Below are positions 23,329 through 36,204 of a stretch of 39,411 nt of DNA, one piece after another. This stretch comes from Octopus bimaculoides (Eukaryota): positions 170,973,075 to 171,012,485 of the forward strand of contig NC_068981.1 in NCBI RefSeq assembly GCF_001194135.2. The letters run 5' to 3'. How positions within the stretch are numbered: the first letter of the stretch is position 1; each line of letters begins with the position of its first letter. The notes under the pieces are model-generated. The model ran no database searches, had not been told where the DNA came from, and worked only from the letters and a program-made list of their open reading frames with translations. The position numbers were made by a program, and so were the translations under genes.

Positions 23329-24451
23329 CCTATCCTTTCTTTTCTCCCTGAGTATTCGAAAATGTAAACATAACGTTATTTTTATTACAAGAACACTACA
23401 GTTTGCTCTTCCCGAACATGCAAATGATCATATTTAGAAAATTTAAAACTTTAATATCTATAATTTTCTGCGAAACTTTTAACCTTCTTTTCTCCTTGAC
23501 TACTCGAATACGTAAACATACCTTCCATTGTAACAAACTGAACGCACGAGAGAAATTAAGGAGATAAGCACCTGCTAATATATACAAACTGCAAACTTAC
23601 GAAAACTGTAAACTACAGCAAAATCTATACAAAGAAAAGGAAAATTCAAAATATCAACAAAAGAAAATCCAAAAATTCAAAAGTTCAACGTGGTAAACAT
23701 CAGTATATGTATTACTATTATTTTTCTATCAGTAATTAAAAACAGAACAAGGTGAGCTTGTTCTTTCCAGGACCAAGGTCAATGCTCTCATTGATCCCTA
23801 GCAGTAGTAAACACATTTGACTCCTGCTGACCGCAAGGATGTGACGCTTCTTTTGGCCCTTGATCGCACAGGAATGCGAAGCCCCGTTGTTGATCATCTT
23901 CTTACCATCTGCCGAACCTATTTACAAACCTGCAGAATTTGGTCTATTCACCAAGCTACTTCTCTTGCCCCTACTATCTCCCCCAATATTCACATATTTA
24001 TGATTATCTCAAGTAGAAGACAAAAGTCGAAACTAGGAGCAAAGATAGCATCTCAAAACGGTTACAATACCAGTGATTGTAGAAGTCCTTAGAATGATCA
24101 AAAAAGGAACGGAAAATTATTTAAGAACGATCCCTGGATTACCATTCAGATGAGAAGTGCAAAATATTGCATTAACTGGTACGTTACATGTATTGAGAAA
24201 AGCATTGTCGCTGTGAATTTTCTTTCCTTTTTTGCCCTTCATTTTTTGTTTATTTTTATATTTTATATTTTTTCGTTTTTCTCTCTGTCTTTTTTCCCCT
24301 TTTTCCTATCACATGGCTTCATAAATGAACAATAAGGTGTAATTATCATAAAGGCCTACAAATGTATACACTGTGTTTCTCTGCCCTACGTGTCAGGAAG
24401 GCATTCCGCAAGAAAAGGAATCAGAATTGAAAGATGATAATGAAAGTGATG

Positions 24452-24484
24452 ATAATAATAGTAATAATAATAATAATAATATTA

Positions 24485-24560
<76 letters not shown>
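24452..24560. repeat. (AAT)n switching to (ATT)n microsatellite
   Basis: Direct observation; the polarity flips at about 24480-24487. Confidence 0.95.
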
Positions 24561-24562
<2 letters not shown>

Positions 24563-25039
24563 GGAGCCCATAACAAAAACAAGCAAACGAACGGCGGACA
24601 GATAATTATAAATAGTATAAAATTGTTGATTTAGGAGTTACACACAAACACACTACCATGCAACACCCCTCCAAAAACATACAAGAATAAACTCATATTG
24701 TAAATACCCAACAAAATGAGCAAAACCCAGATGTGCTATAGAAAGCCAATACCCGACAGAAGAACACAACCTGCACTACACAAACAACACAATATAAAAA
24801 CTAATACAACAGAAGACGGGAGCAAAACCCCATAAAAAACGTACTGATACAATACAATAGCCCCCACCAAAATAAAATGCAGCACACACCACCCCACTAA
24901 CACAAAGGTGCAACAAATAATGCAAGAGAAAGTTGCATGAAATATTGAGATGCCGAAGAATAATACGAGTAATGGTGATGGTGACTAAAGCTACCTTACC
25001 TCAGTTTATGAGAGACAAGACATTCCGAGTGAATTATGC

Positions 25040-25316
25040 TGGTAACAGCGAAAATGAGGCTGGACCTTTAAGGTAAGGCTTCTCACTCTGCAGTTGATCG
25101 GTAAAGATGCAGACTGACCACAGCTGCCATCCTAATACAGCATCAGCACATAATAGTGCAAGGAGGAGGAAGAAAAACAGGATAGTAATACAATGCTACT
25201 AAGAAAGTGAACCTAAAAGAAGGGGCTATAGAAAACAGAGGGTAATACTTTGGATAGAGAAGGCTACATTCAAAGTGATTGAGCAGAGATTAGTAGATGA
25301 AGCTAATGCCATCCAG
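25040..25316 (+). mobile_element. Dong/R4-like ORF N-terminal fragment
   Basis: Frame from 25161 reads RRRKKNRIVIQCY*ESEPKRRGYRKQRVILWIEKATFKVIEQRLVDEANAIQ, matching the CY..P..RGYRK..W..EQRL.D N-terminal motif as I recall it for R4/Dong ORFs. Confidence 0.75.
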
Positions 25317-25416
25317 GCTATCGACAAGTTTTTGTGTCGTTTGTGACAATCTTCCATGATCATCTTATTGATGAGTAGCAGATCTTTACAACCATAGGAC
25401 CCACGTTTACATCCTT
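25311..25416 (-). mobile_element. Dong/R4-like reverse transcriptase fragment
   Basis: GCKRGSYGCKDLLLINKMIMEDCHKRHKNLSIAW, the RT segment just before the catalytic D of W(I)DY.KAFD. Its 5' end abuts (AAT)n. Confidence 0.85.
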
Positions 25417-25471
25417 ATTATTATTAATATTATTATTATCATCATCATCATTATTAGTATTATTATTATTA

Positions 25472-25509
<38 letters not shown>

Positions 25510-25510
25510 T
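25415..25510. repeat. Imperfect (ATT)n tract
   Basis: Direct observation. Confidence 0.93.
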
Positions 25511-25511
25511 G

Positions 25512-26765
25512 ATGAAAACTCAGTTTATTTTCTGTGTTTGATGAAAAGTGTCAGCTCTCCAGAGCAGGTAGACTAAAGTGACACTTGCTTACTGGTCATG
25601 CCTCAAGAACCCTGAAGAGTATTCTTGCAGTTCCAAGCAATGGTGATTCTTGTAGTTGTTCCATCTTTACATTCGTTCCAATGTATTTGAGCAATGCTGA
25701 TAGCAGGGTACTGATATTTCCAAGTGCACCAATCTTTATTGCTATCGCGTCCACTTTCTTCATTGCCCACTATCAGCGTATATTCCACTTCAATTCATCA
25801 TAGTTGCTCACTTTTTCCTTTCTGTTCAATCTTGTCACTAGGAAAATGCTATGTCAATTATCGGGCTTGTGTTTTTTTTCTTACTTTTCTCTTCTATACA
25901 ACGTCAGGTTTCCGATGGATAATTTGATGGCCAAATTGAATCATTGCATCCCACACAATTTTGTAATGTTCATTCTCAGTAACACTTTCTCTAATTTGGT
26001 CATATTACATTTGTGACCTTTCTAGGCTATAATTTCCACCATGTCCCCAAAGGATCATTTTTGCCATATTGTCATGTCACCTTTTGCTTTCGCGTTGTGC
26101 CAATTTCTCGTATCCACTAACAATATGCCCTACTGTTTTACCCATCTCACCACAGAGTCTGCATTTATCACTCCCAGTTGCTTTATCAATTCTGCACTTC
26201 ATATAATTCGTCCTCAATTCTTGTTCTTGTGCCGCGCATATAAGTGCTTCTATTTCTAACTTCAACTCACACCGCCGTATCCTTAACCACCAGCCGGCTG
26301 AACTTGTCTTTGTGCTCGCACTTCTTGCAAATTCATCAGAAATGTTTTTCCTTTCCTTGATATTCTTTTTACATGCATTTTTCCTCTTTAAATTTCTATT
26401 CCTTAACACAACTATTTCACATGCACCAACAATGTTTCCATAATGTTATTGACATACTACCCTAAACTATTTGCTTCTGATTCAACACGATGTTGACAAC
26501 TGACAACTCTCCCACTCTTTATTCTGGACTAGTACAACCGATTAGTGTCACACCGTGCAGTGTCAATGATTTCCGTGTCTTCGTATACAGTTCATTCCTT
26601 TGCCAGTTTATGATTCCATCTCCATACCTAAATGGTGCTATCGCCAATATATTTACAGTTTTGACTTTATTCCATCCAATCGGTTTCGAGCGTAACACCA
26701 GGCCGACGTAATTGACTAACTCCTGCACAAGAATCTGCTGGACAACTGTCAGTATTATAAGTAAT
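25512..26765 (-). mobile_element. Dong/R4-like retrotransposon, 5'-truncated (RT thumb, zinc knuckle, RLE, 3' UTR), pseudogenised
   Basis: NKVKTVNILAIAPFRYGDGIINW..KTRKSLTLHG; DTNRLY; EALICAAQEQ..KCRLCGEMGKTVGHIVSG; HRKPDVV; IGALG..LLGTARILFRVLEA*. A 3' UTR of about 100 nt then runs into (AAT)n. Many stops and frameshifts. Confidence 0.92.
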
Positions 26766-26799
26766 AATTAGTATTATCTTCATCCACATCACTATCAAC

Positions 26800-26870
26800 G
26801 TGATTATCATCATCGTCATCATCATCATCATCATCAGTATCATCATCAGTATCATCATCAATAAGATCAT
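26800..26870. repeat. Imperfect (ATC)n microsatellite
   Basis: Direct observation. Confidence 0.9.
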
Positions 26871-27654
26871 CTTGACACTTGTGATGACACAATGATACAG
26901 TGATAACGAATACAGATGAACATATTTATCGTGGACAGGTTAGTACGGAATGTGATAGAGAAAATACGCTAGAGAATGAAACAATTCGATAATGAGCATT
27001 GCGAAAACTACCAATACATTATCATAACCAGTGGTTTCAGGTGTCTAATAATGCATATAGAATAGGTACACTTGAGAAGTAATGAAACTATAAGCATTCT
27101 ACTGTTATCTCAAAACGGTTTCAGTGAGCGTTTTGTCATTTATTCAATAGCTGAGACCAAGGAAGGAGAAAACATCGGGAAGACGGAAATGTTTTTCTGT
27201 CACACTTCGACACAATACGCGAATGCCTGATGTTTTATTCATGTAGTCAACACCATCACCTTATAAAATATACATAACAGTTATTAGATTTCATATTTGC
27301 TAACGTGACAAATAGTCACTTTGCAATTGGTTTCACTTTAAGTTGATTAAGTAATGTGCGGCTTATTAAACATAGTGTATACACACACACGAACACACAC
27401 ACACACAAACACACACATATGTATATATACATATATATATATGTATTATTTGCATGTGCATGTGTATATATATATATATACGTTTATGTACGTATGCATG
27501 TATGTATGTATGTGTGCATATGCACATATATGCTTGTGAATGTATATGTGAGTATACACATATACTTTTGTCTGTGACTGCAAGCATGCTTCTACAGCTG
27601 TTGTTTGTTATTTATATACTTGTGTAGATATATGCATAAATAAAGTCTTGTATA

Positions 27655-27724
27655 ATTATTATTGTTGCTGTTGTTCTTGTCACCGTCGTCGTCGTCGTTG
27701 TTGTTGCTGTTGTTAGTAGCAGCA

Positions 27725-27770
<46 letters not shown>

Positions 27771-27776
27771 TAGTAG
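27655..27776. repeat. Compound trinucleotide tract (TTG)/(TCG)/(GCA)/(GTA)
   Basis: Direct observation. Confidence 0.92.
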
Positions 27777-28559
27777 GTAGAATTTTACACAAGGTAATAT
27801 TTCAGCTGTACCACTAGGCCTTGTCTTTTATTTAATTACGAAAAAACAAAAATGATTGCTGATTTCTGAAGTATACGTCACTTCTACAAAACTACTGCTG
27901 CTTCCATGGAAACAACAGAGAAAAAGTGCAGGAACATGATACGGACGACCAGCCATTAGATCAGAAGTCTAATATATATGCCACTTTAATTTAATAAGTT
28001 ATGATTCTCGTGTGCCGTCCATATAAGAATGCTGATCGTATATACATAGAATTCTGTTGGAATATAAACGCGAGAAATTTAAATGCAAATTCTGGTTTAA
28101 TTGTTAAAACTCTCATCACAAACTATTTTTAAACTATCTGATAGATGTTTTGTCACTTGTTGTCTCTTTTGAATTCAGTCATTCTTTACTTTCTTGAACG
28201 AGTCAAATGTGTAAAACGTTAATCCATTCAAACGTAACACGCATAACTTTCTTCGGCTTGCTCTGGATCAAATCTAAATAGGATTCTTGCCTTCTATAAC
28301 AGAAACTTGCTGCAATACCAAAGTTTCTCTTCGCCTGGATTTTCTTGCAATAAACCACTAGGAGAATCAGAAGAGAAGAGACAGCAGTGATTTTCTTAAT
28401 TCTCTGAAAAGATTATGTATTTTAACATAGCTCTGCCATCTTTACTGAAGCGTTTTACTTATGTTACTTAGAACCACATAATTACAAGTTTCCTTGAATT
28501 CTTTCGTCTCTCGGAAATATTACGAATTTTGAGGAAAATTTTGTTGTTATTTTCAGCAG

Positions 28560-28665
28560 GCCTCAAGATCACACAATTTGGGCAAGGACGCTGTCAGATT
28601 ATTGATCTAATCCCTTGACTGATTCATATATTATTTTCTCGGAATTAGTAAAACTAATGTTGGTT
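28560..28665 (-). mobile_element. Possible highly decayed SINE family B 3' fragment
   Basis: Weak similarity to the reverse complement of the family B tail and core. Confidence 0.3.
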
Positions 28666-29166
28666 TACGTGGGTTTCATACCAAAGGACGAAATTAGCAT
28701 AAAATAATTTTACCACTGCATCCGTCACCGTCATTTCCAGAATATTCCCAGAATATTCCTACATACTTTATGGGAAAGCATAGACAACTTACTACCGAAT
28801 AGGTTTTCGGCCCCTATAGTAAGGTAGACTATCCCAGCAAGTAATATACAGAAGATATGAATATTCATCACAAGACCACTGTCGATATTGCGACTAAGCG
28901 TTTAACTACTTATTGCAATCTAATATACAGTTTTAACTCGCAAAAAAAAAAGAGAGACGGAACTAAAGATCAGATGATATTCTGTGTCATACTCTACTAT
29001 TTCTACTACTTCCAATTTTTTAATACTTCATGGGATTTTAATATCGGCATTAGGCCACGACAAGTTTAAGGAAAGTCAGAGTACGGCTTAATTAGTACTT
29101 TTCCATAGACATGTTAAAGAATAAAAGACTGAATCAGAGAGGGTTTACGCACAGAAAACACAAAAC

Positions 29167-29168
<2 letters not shown>

Positions 29169-29239
<71 letters not shown>
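29169..29239. repeat. (AT)n microsatellite
   Basis: Direct observation. Confidence 0.98.
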
Positions 29240-29240
<1 letters not shown>

Positions 29241-29809
29241 CGAGTAATATAACTAAATATAACCAAAAAGACACTATGTCTACAAGTGTTCTTCTGCCTT
29301 TTCCCAGTAGACTGACCAGGTCTAATTAACGTAAAAGATGTTTTAGACCTTAAATAATACATCTATAAATAAGAGACAATGAAATAAGGAACGTCAAAAA
29401 AATGGTCATTTCCCTCTTTCCCTCCCTTTCTCTCTCTCTCTAATTATATGTATATACACTCTTACTTTTACATATACATACATACATACATACATACATA
29501 CATACTTGCATGCATGTATGTATGTATGTATGTATTTATATGTATATATACATTTATGTATATATATATGAAAATATGAACTGATGTATTGCCTGAATTG
29601 TCTGACTGCCTACATTGATTATATTTTCGTTATATATATATTTTTTCAGTTTGTTTCAATTTTGGGGATATTTTTCATGTTTTTTTTTTCTGCCTTGCTT
29701 CCATAAACATTCGCTTTCCGTTATCTTATTTCCTATAAAAGGTAATTTATGGCTTCTGTTTCATTTGCATATACATATGCATACTTACGTATGTATAAAT
29801 ATATGTATG

Positions 29810-29867
<58 letters not shown>
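29810..29867. repeat. (AGAT)n microsatellite
   Basis: Direct observation. Confidence 0.97.
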
Positions 29868-30193
29868 TTTGTTTGTATATCTGGGTGCGCGCGCGTTTAA
29901 TTGTTCATATATTTGATACATTTGTTACGCAAAAACACACACATACATATATATTATATGTGTGTGTGCGTGTGAGTATGTATGTGCGTGTATGTGAATA
30001 TATATAATATGTGTGTGAGTATGTGTGTGTACTATTTTAAACATTTTATTTTAGAACAATATTATAATGATAGATAATGATAGCTAAAGCAGGAACGCTA
30101 GAAAATTCATTTATATCATATATATTATGGTAGATACAGACATATGATCGTCTTTGCACAGACATATCTACAGACATAAACAAATTTGAATAC

Positions 30194-30245
<52 letters not shown>

Positions 30246-30724
30246 GTATAAATATAATATATATGTGCAAACGTATAATAATACATATATACATATATAT
30301 ATANNNNNNNNNNNNNNNNNNNNNNNNNNNNNNNNNNNNNNNNNNNNNNNNNNNNNNNNNNNNNNNNNNNNNNNNNNNNNNNNNNNNNNNNNNNNNNNNN
30401 NNNNNNNNNNNNNNNNNNNNNNNNNNNNNNNNNNNNNNNNNNNNNNNNNNNNNNNNNNNNNNNNNNNNNNNNNNNNNNNNNNNNNNNNNNNNNNNNNNNN
30501 NNNNNNNNNNNNNNNNNNNNNNNNNNNNNNNNNNNNNATATATATTATATACATATATATATGTATGTATATATATACATATATATACATAGACAGAGGT
30601 GCACACGTACACATGTATGTATCTATGTTCTTCTCTTTCTGTTTTTAATTGAGTAAATTTTGACCGACCACCTTCATGGTAGCAATGTTGTGAAGGAAAG
30701 CATCTTCTTTTAACCATCATGCTT

Positions 30725-30817
30725 GTATGTATATATGTATGTATGTACGTATGTATGTATGTATGTATGTATGTATGTATGTATGTATATATGTATGTAT
30801 GTACGTATGTATGTATA
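30725..30817. repeat. (TATG)n microsatellite
   Basis: Direct observation. Confidence 0.95.
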
Positions 30818-33800
30818 TGAATTTTTTTTGCAGTTTACTAGCTACACTGATAGTAATGCCCATGTAGGTTGCGACCTGTGTGGAAGCCAACTTAAATTGT
30901 CTTTGTGTGGATAAAAAAGTTAACTGATATCTCATAATCGTTGATTTCATTTGATCTGATATTGATATGAAAAATAAATATCCAGACGAATGCCTTTCTT
31001 AAAACGCATAGAATTTGTAGTGTCAAAATGATTTATTATAATCGTGTTTATTCACTGATAGATTTTGGAAATTATAAAAGGAGATAAATATAAGAAACCT
31101 CACCCGCAAAAAATAAATAAATTGCCAGTAGTCATACGAAGTATAGTTCAGTTACGACAAGAGCTTTGAGCCATGCATTCAAACTATGTATTTGCTTCGA
31201 TTCAGTCGTTTTTAAAATATGGAGCTCTGTGCAAAAAATATCAAAGAAAATAGGAGAGTATTGTTGTTCGCTTGAAGCATTGTGTATTGTTTGTAAAGAA
31301 TAAAAAGTTTTGAATGGTACAACAATGCACTATAATACAAAAAATGGACTATATACCTGTTGTAATTTAGTTATCTATAGTCCGATGGTATTTCGGAATA
31401 CAATTCCTTCTTCCGATATTCTTAGATGGAGTCGCTGCTATAATCCGTTTTCTAACGGCTTTTCTTTTTTCGGAAGCGTCTCAGTAGTGGTCTCACGAAG
31501 CTCCTTCAACGAAAATGTGTATAGAATTTCAGGTGACTACACTATTACCTATCTATCTAAACCTATCTGTTTGTGTGTATATATATAATCTCCGTATAAT
31601 ATGTATTTATATTTATATACATAACAGGAAAAAATAGCGATTAAGGTAGTCAAATTAAACCAATGATTACTACAGTTGTGTGTCCAGCTATCAGGCAACG
31701 CAGTAATGGACTTTAGGGTGCATTTAACGTTACTGCATAACTGACCTGAAGATCCAGGAAACGCTATTATGGAGACTATGAACGTGGAGAAGTGAGAGGC
31801 TAAAATATTTTGTCGTGTATGTTTATTGCTATTTCATAATTCATATTGACACCATCGACTATTATTCGAAAGTGTATGTGCATTTACGCATTTCACATAT
31901 ACCTAGTTAATTCTAGACCAAATTATAACATCGGGAATATTTTCTAAGGAGTACTTCTTTCCATCATATCACAATTATGACTAAATATGTATGTATGTGT
32001 GCAAGGCATATATAAAGAATATATAGACCTTCAAGTAAGAGTCGATGATGTAAATGAATGCGAATTATTAAAGAGTTGTAAATACACACGCTAACTATCT
32101 CAGTGCACAAAGTATCTTGTAAACTCCTTAACTTCCTACTAAACCATATTCTGATGTACAGCAAACCATCACATGTAAAGTTAAAATAGGCCCCTCTTGA
32201 GGTAATAAATACATGCACTTCGGAATATCCTTTAGTCTTATCAGTCAGTCTATCCGTTTCGATACTTTTTTTATATTTGAGAACAAAAGGCAACAACAAA
32301 ACAGTGTAATGATTTTCGGTACTTATGGCTGATGCTGTTTATGAAAGAAATCTATTAACTTTAACTAACAAATATAGAGCAAAATAAATGCTCGAAGAAT
32401 ATGTAAACATATATTTTTAAAATTCAGAGATAGTTGAGTTTCCCAGGATTTGAATTGTGCTAAATTATAATTAGGGATGAAGTACGTCTGACGATTGATG
32501 TGTATTCCAATTTTGACATCACGTGTGAAAATGTACTAAAAGTATGATTTAGAATGTCAATAAAGAGAGGATATTTATATTTCCTTTTTTACTTTGGTCC
32601 TGATATTCATAGAGGATATTTCATGTTCACCAAATGACTTTGAAATATTTTCAAACATATTTCTATATTTATTTCTAAAACATGATTACCTTTATGATTA
32701 AATTATAAAAAAGAATACAAGCTGAAGATTTTTTTAATTGTGATTCGTGATAAAAATGATTTTCTAATGCTACGATAAAATTCGTAGAGTGTATTGGAAC
32801 CGGGTACTTGAATTTCCAGAATTGAGCAAAATACCCGACAGTCATACTATAAGTCATAATTTCCAAAATCTAACGTCAATCAATCATGTTCAAAACTCGA
32901 AAATTATTGGCTATTAATCTTCCTTTATTCCAGGTCATATATTATATATAATGGTTTCTAATTTAGGTACAATCCATAAATTTGGAGAGAAGATACTTTA
33001 TTGATACCACCAACTCTTTCTTGATTTTGGATGGGTTAAAGAGAAAGCTGATCTCAAAAGTATTCGAAATTTGAATGGAATGATCAAGAACAAATATCAT
33101 AAGTCATTATTTCTTACACTCTGCTTCTCTACCGCCACGTGTGTTCCAGATAATAACAAGAGTTAATAATCATTTCTTGAAATGTAAACCACAAGAATAA
33201 GGAGGACAAAGTGAACGAAATTAGTTTAAACGCACTGTAAATTTAATAATGGACATATATTAAGGCATATAATTTAAAATAATATTAGCTAAAAACACAT
33301 TTCACACCGCCTTGTTTAAACAAAATTTTAGCCAATTTTTTTTAAATTCAGATTTTAACTGTAATCACGTATTATTAGAGAATTTTTTAGACGATAATAC
33401 ATTTATCTAAGAAACTTTTAGACAGCTGCGAAAGACCCAGAATCAGATTGTAACATATAAAAACCACTTTTTTTTTGCAGTATTATTTTTTCCTCGTTTG
33501 TTAAACGAGGAATGAGTGAGATTTCTGAAAAGATCAATATTTAATATAAAGTTTTAATGTATATTTCTACAGATATTAGATGAAAACAAGATTTAAGTTT
33601 GTTTAGAAAGGCTTTTCGAAAACAGAGGTGTGCCTTTTTAAAGTTCTTGTGTATTTTTAACTGCCAAAAATGTGCACGAATATACATGTGTACGTGTGTG
33701 TGTTTGTGCGTGCCTGTATCTAAGTGAGTATGTGTGTGTTCTTGTGGGTAAGTGTGTGTCTATGAATATTTCTATTTCTATTTCATGCAATTGAGAATAT

Positions 33801-34689
33801 ATATTGATTTAAATTTTAGATTCGAAATTAAACCCTTTGATGTTCAGAACCTACCCCAGGGAGTGCTTGCTCGACTCTTATGATATTCGACTGTGTTTAC
33901 AATGTTGCATGTTTTACTATACGTCAGCCATGAGTGTATTTAAACTAGTTTATTTCAAACAACTACCAAACAAGCGGTCTTAGTGACAAAATTTTATCTG
34001 TATGTATATTTTCAAGTGCATTTAATGCATTTATCTCACAGAAAATAATCATATCTAATGTAACAATAGTGTTTATGTAATTTGTGTTAATAAGTATGGT
34101 TAAGTTTATTTTCAGTCCATTCAGTTTAAATTGTATATTTTATACGTTATTGACTTAGACTTGAGACCATTAAATCCCTCGATATTTTTCACCAATATTT
34201 GCAGTTCCAGCACCAATTTCGTGATTTGAATTTTATATCTGAAGTCGACCCCTAGGGAATAGTTAATTGAAATCTACAACGCTTCTAGTTTGTTTACAAC
34301 TCCTAATGTTTTGATTTACATCAGCCAAGTGTGTATTTATACAAGTTTGCTTCATCGACGATGTTTCTTGCGGTCCTGCTGATGCCGAGAATACATGAAT
34401 ATATTTATACACGAATTTGAAATGTATATCACACAGATAAACTGTAATGTCCAGGACGATAAATTATGTGCATTTTAATATATGTCTATGAAAATACACA
34501 CAAGCACACACACACACACACACACATTAAAAGGTGTAGAGGTGGGAAGAGATGAAATTGAAGGGGTAAAGGGGAACGTTTATTTACGGTACACAGTGGA
34601 TATACATCAAAACAAGGATACTTGAATCTCGAACACATTAAAGGTAGGATAGCTCAATAGAAGATGTGCTCAAGGCAAAGCTGGAAACG

Positions 34690-35640
34690 ACCACGCATGA
34701 CTGACATATCAATAGCACCGTCGAAACTGCGCTTTTATAAGCAAATGAGACGGGGGCTACTACTAAGAAGGAAGAAGAATTTAACTTCCTTAAAAACATC
34801 ATCTCGAAGCTACCAACTGCACTATCGAATTCTCCAAAAGAAAGAACCGTGACTGGTTTGATTACAACGGAGAGTAAGTCAACCCGGTGTACTCATGTCT
34901 ATCGTTCCATCCCATGGAACCATAGACATGAACTTCTGTGCCAGGCAAATCCAAGAGAATTGGCGAGGACAACAACAAATCTTTTTCCTTGTCTTCTATG
35001 ATCTGGAAAAAGCTTTTGACAGTCTACCGAAACCAGTCAAGTGGATGGTCTCTGATCGTTTAGGATGTCCTCATCATTTCGCTTCCCTCATTCCAGCCCT
35101 TCACGATGGTATGACTGGCCGTGTCTATCATCGTGATCGACTCTTAGAAGAATTCCCAAGTACATCTGTATTGAAACAAGGTTGTTTTTTCGCTCCTACA
35201 CTTTTTCTCCCTACATCTTGCATCTGATCAGCCAGAAGTGGATATTAGATAGCGTTTTAATGGAGGACCCTTGAATGTAGCGAGGTTTCGATCAAAAAAT
35301 CTCACCAGCACTAAAAGAATCTTGGATCTCCAGTACGCCGATGACAACGTGGCACTCAGTCATTCATGCTTAGAAGAGTAACAATATGACTTTTTCGTAT
35401 AAACGTTTAGGGTTCACTATAAATACTAAAAGACTCTAATCCTCACTCAGCAAGTCACGAATCCTGCTTTCCGGACTTCAACACCATCATTTGAAAACGA
35501 AGATTGCGATTTACCACGCTGTTGTAATATCCACGCTCTTATATGGTAGTGAAATCATATATGTGTTTTGACTATATCTTCAATAACTCCGTGGATAAAT
35601 CAAGCCTCCGTCATCAGGATAGAAAAGATCATACATTTCA
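34690..35640 (+). mobile_element. RTE-clade LINE fragment, multiply deleted
   Basis: NRDWFDYN (DWFDYN at 34851-34868), HGTIDMNFCARQIQE..FYDLEKAFDSLP..LHDGM..LKQGCFFAPTLF (ORF 34895-35227), QYADD (YADD at 35334-35345), LKTKIAIYHAVVISTLLYGSE (to 35553). Confidence 0.9.
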
Positions 35641-36204
35641 GATCATAATGCAGAGATGGAATGATTAAATGTAGAGAGCTAGTCGTATTAGAGGGAAGAA
35701 GCAAAGGAGGGGTCGACCCTGATCGTGGAGGCTCGATTTATCCAATGTTGATTGCTTCCATTACGGCCGCATGTTGTGAACTACGTCTACCAACATTATG
35801 ATTAATCTCCGAGTTCCCAGAAATAGTTGTTGGACATATAACACCTTTCTTCATCCAATTTAATTTTCTCTGTCGTTTATATTCTGTGTAAGTTGGATCT
35901 ATTAATATAAATATCAATATATTTATACTTAAATATTCATCGTCTGAAAGTCTCCACTTTTTGCTGTCTCTCGTTTTGCATGTATACATATATACATATT
36001 CTGTATTTCATACCCGAACTACTTTATTTAATATATCTAATTTGTTTATATGCATAATTGCTTCCATATCTGCTCGACTTGGTCCCTCTTATATCCATTC
36101 TTTTTCCCGTGGAATCGATCCCCTGCAAAGACATCAGAGTCTATGTTTGAATCATTTGAGCACTATTGACTTCTATAGTAAGGATCTCTGGATCTCGTCC
36201 GTCG

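Noticed and set aside
23744-23764. 8-bp hairpin AGAACAAG-GTGAG-CTTGTTCT with a donor-like loop
   Set aside because: Stems of this size are expected by chance in 39 kb.
25040-25416. Twin-priming explanation for the Dong inversion
   Set aside because: Twin priming leaves the two 5' ends meeting at the junction; here the downstream ends converge.
31964-32299. 111-aa minus-strand ORF (..GAYFNFTCDGLLYIRIWF..)
   Set aside because: No recognisable domain, no convincing splice sites, and it ends in TACA-type low complexity.
35738-36200. ORFs 35738-35989 and 35961-36287 downstream of the RTE fragment
   Set aside because: They do not continue RTE motifs and show no recognisable protein features.
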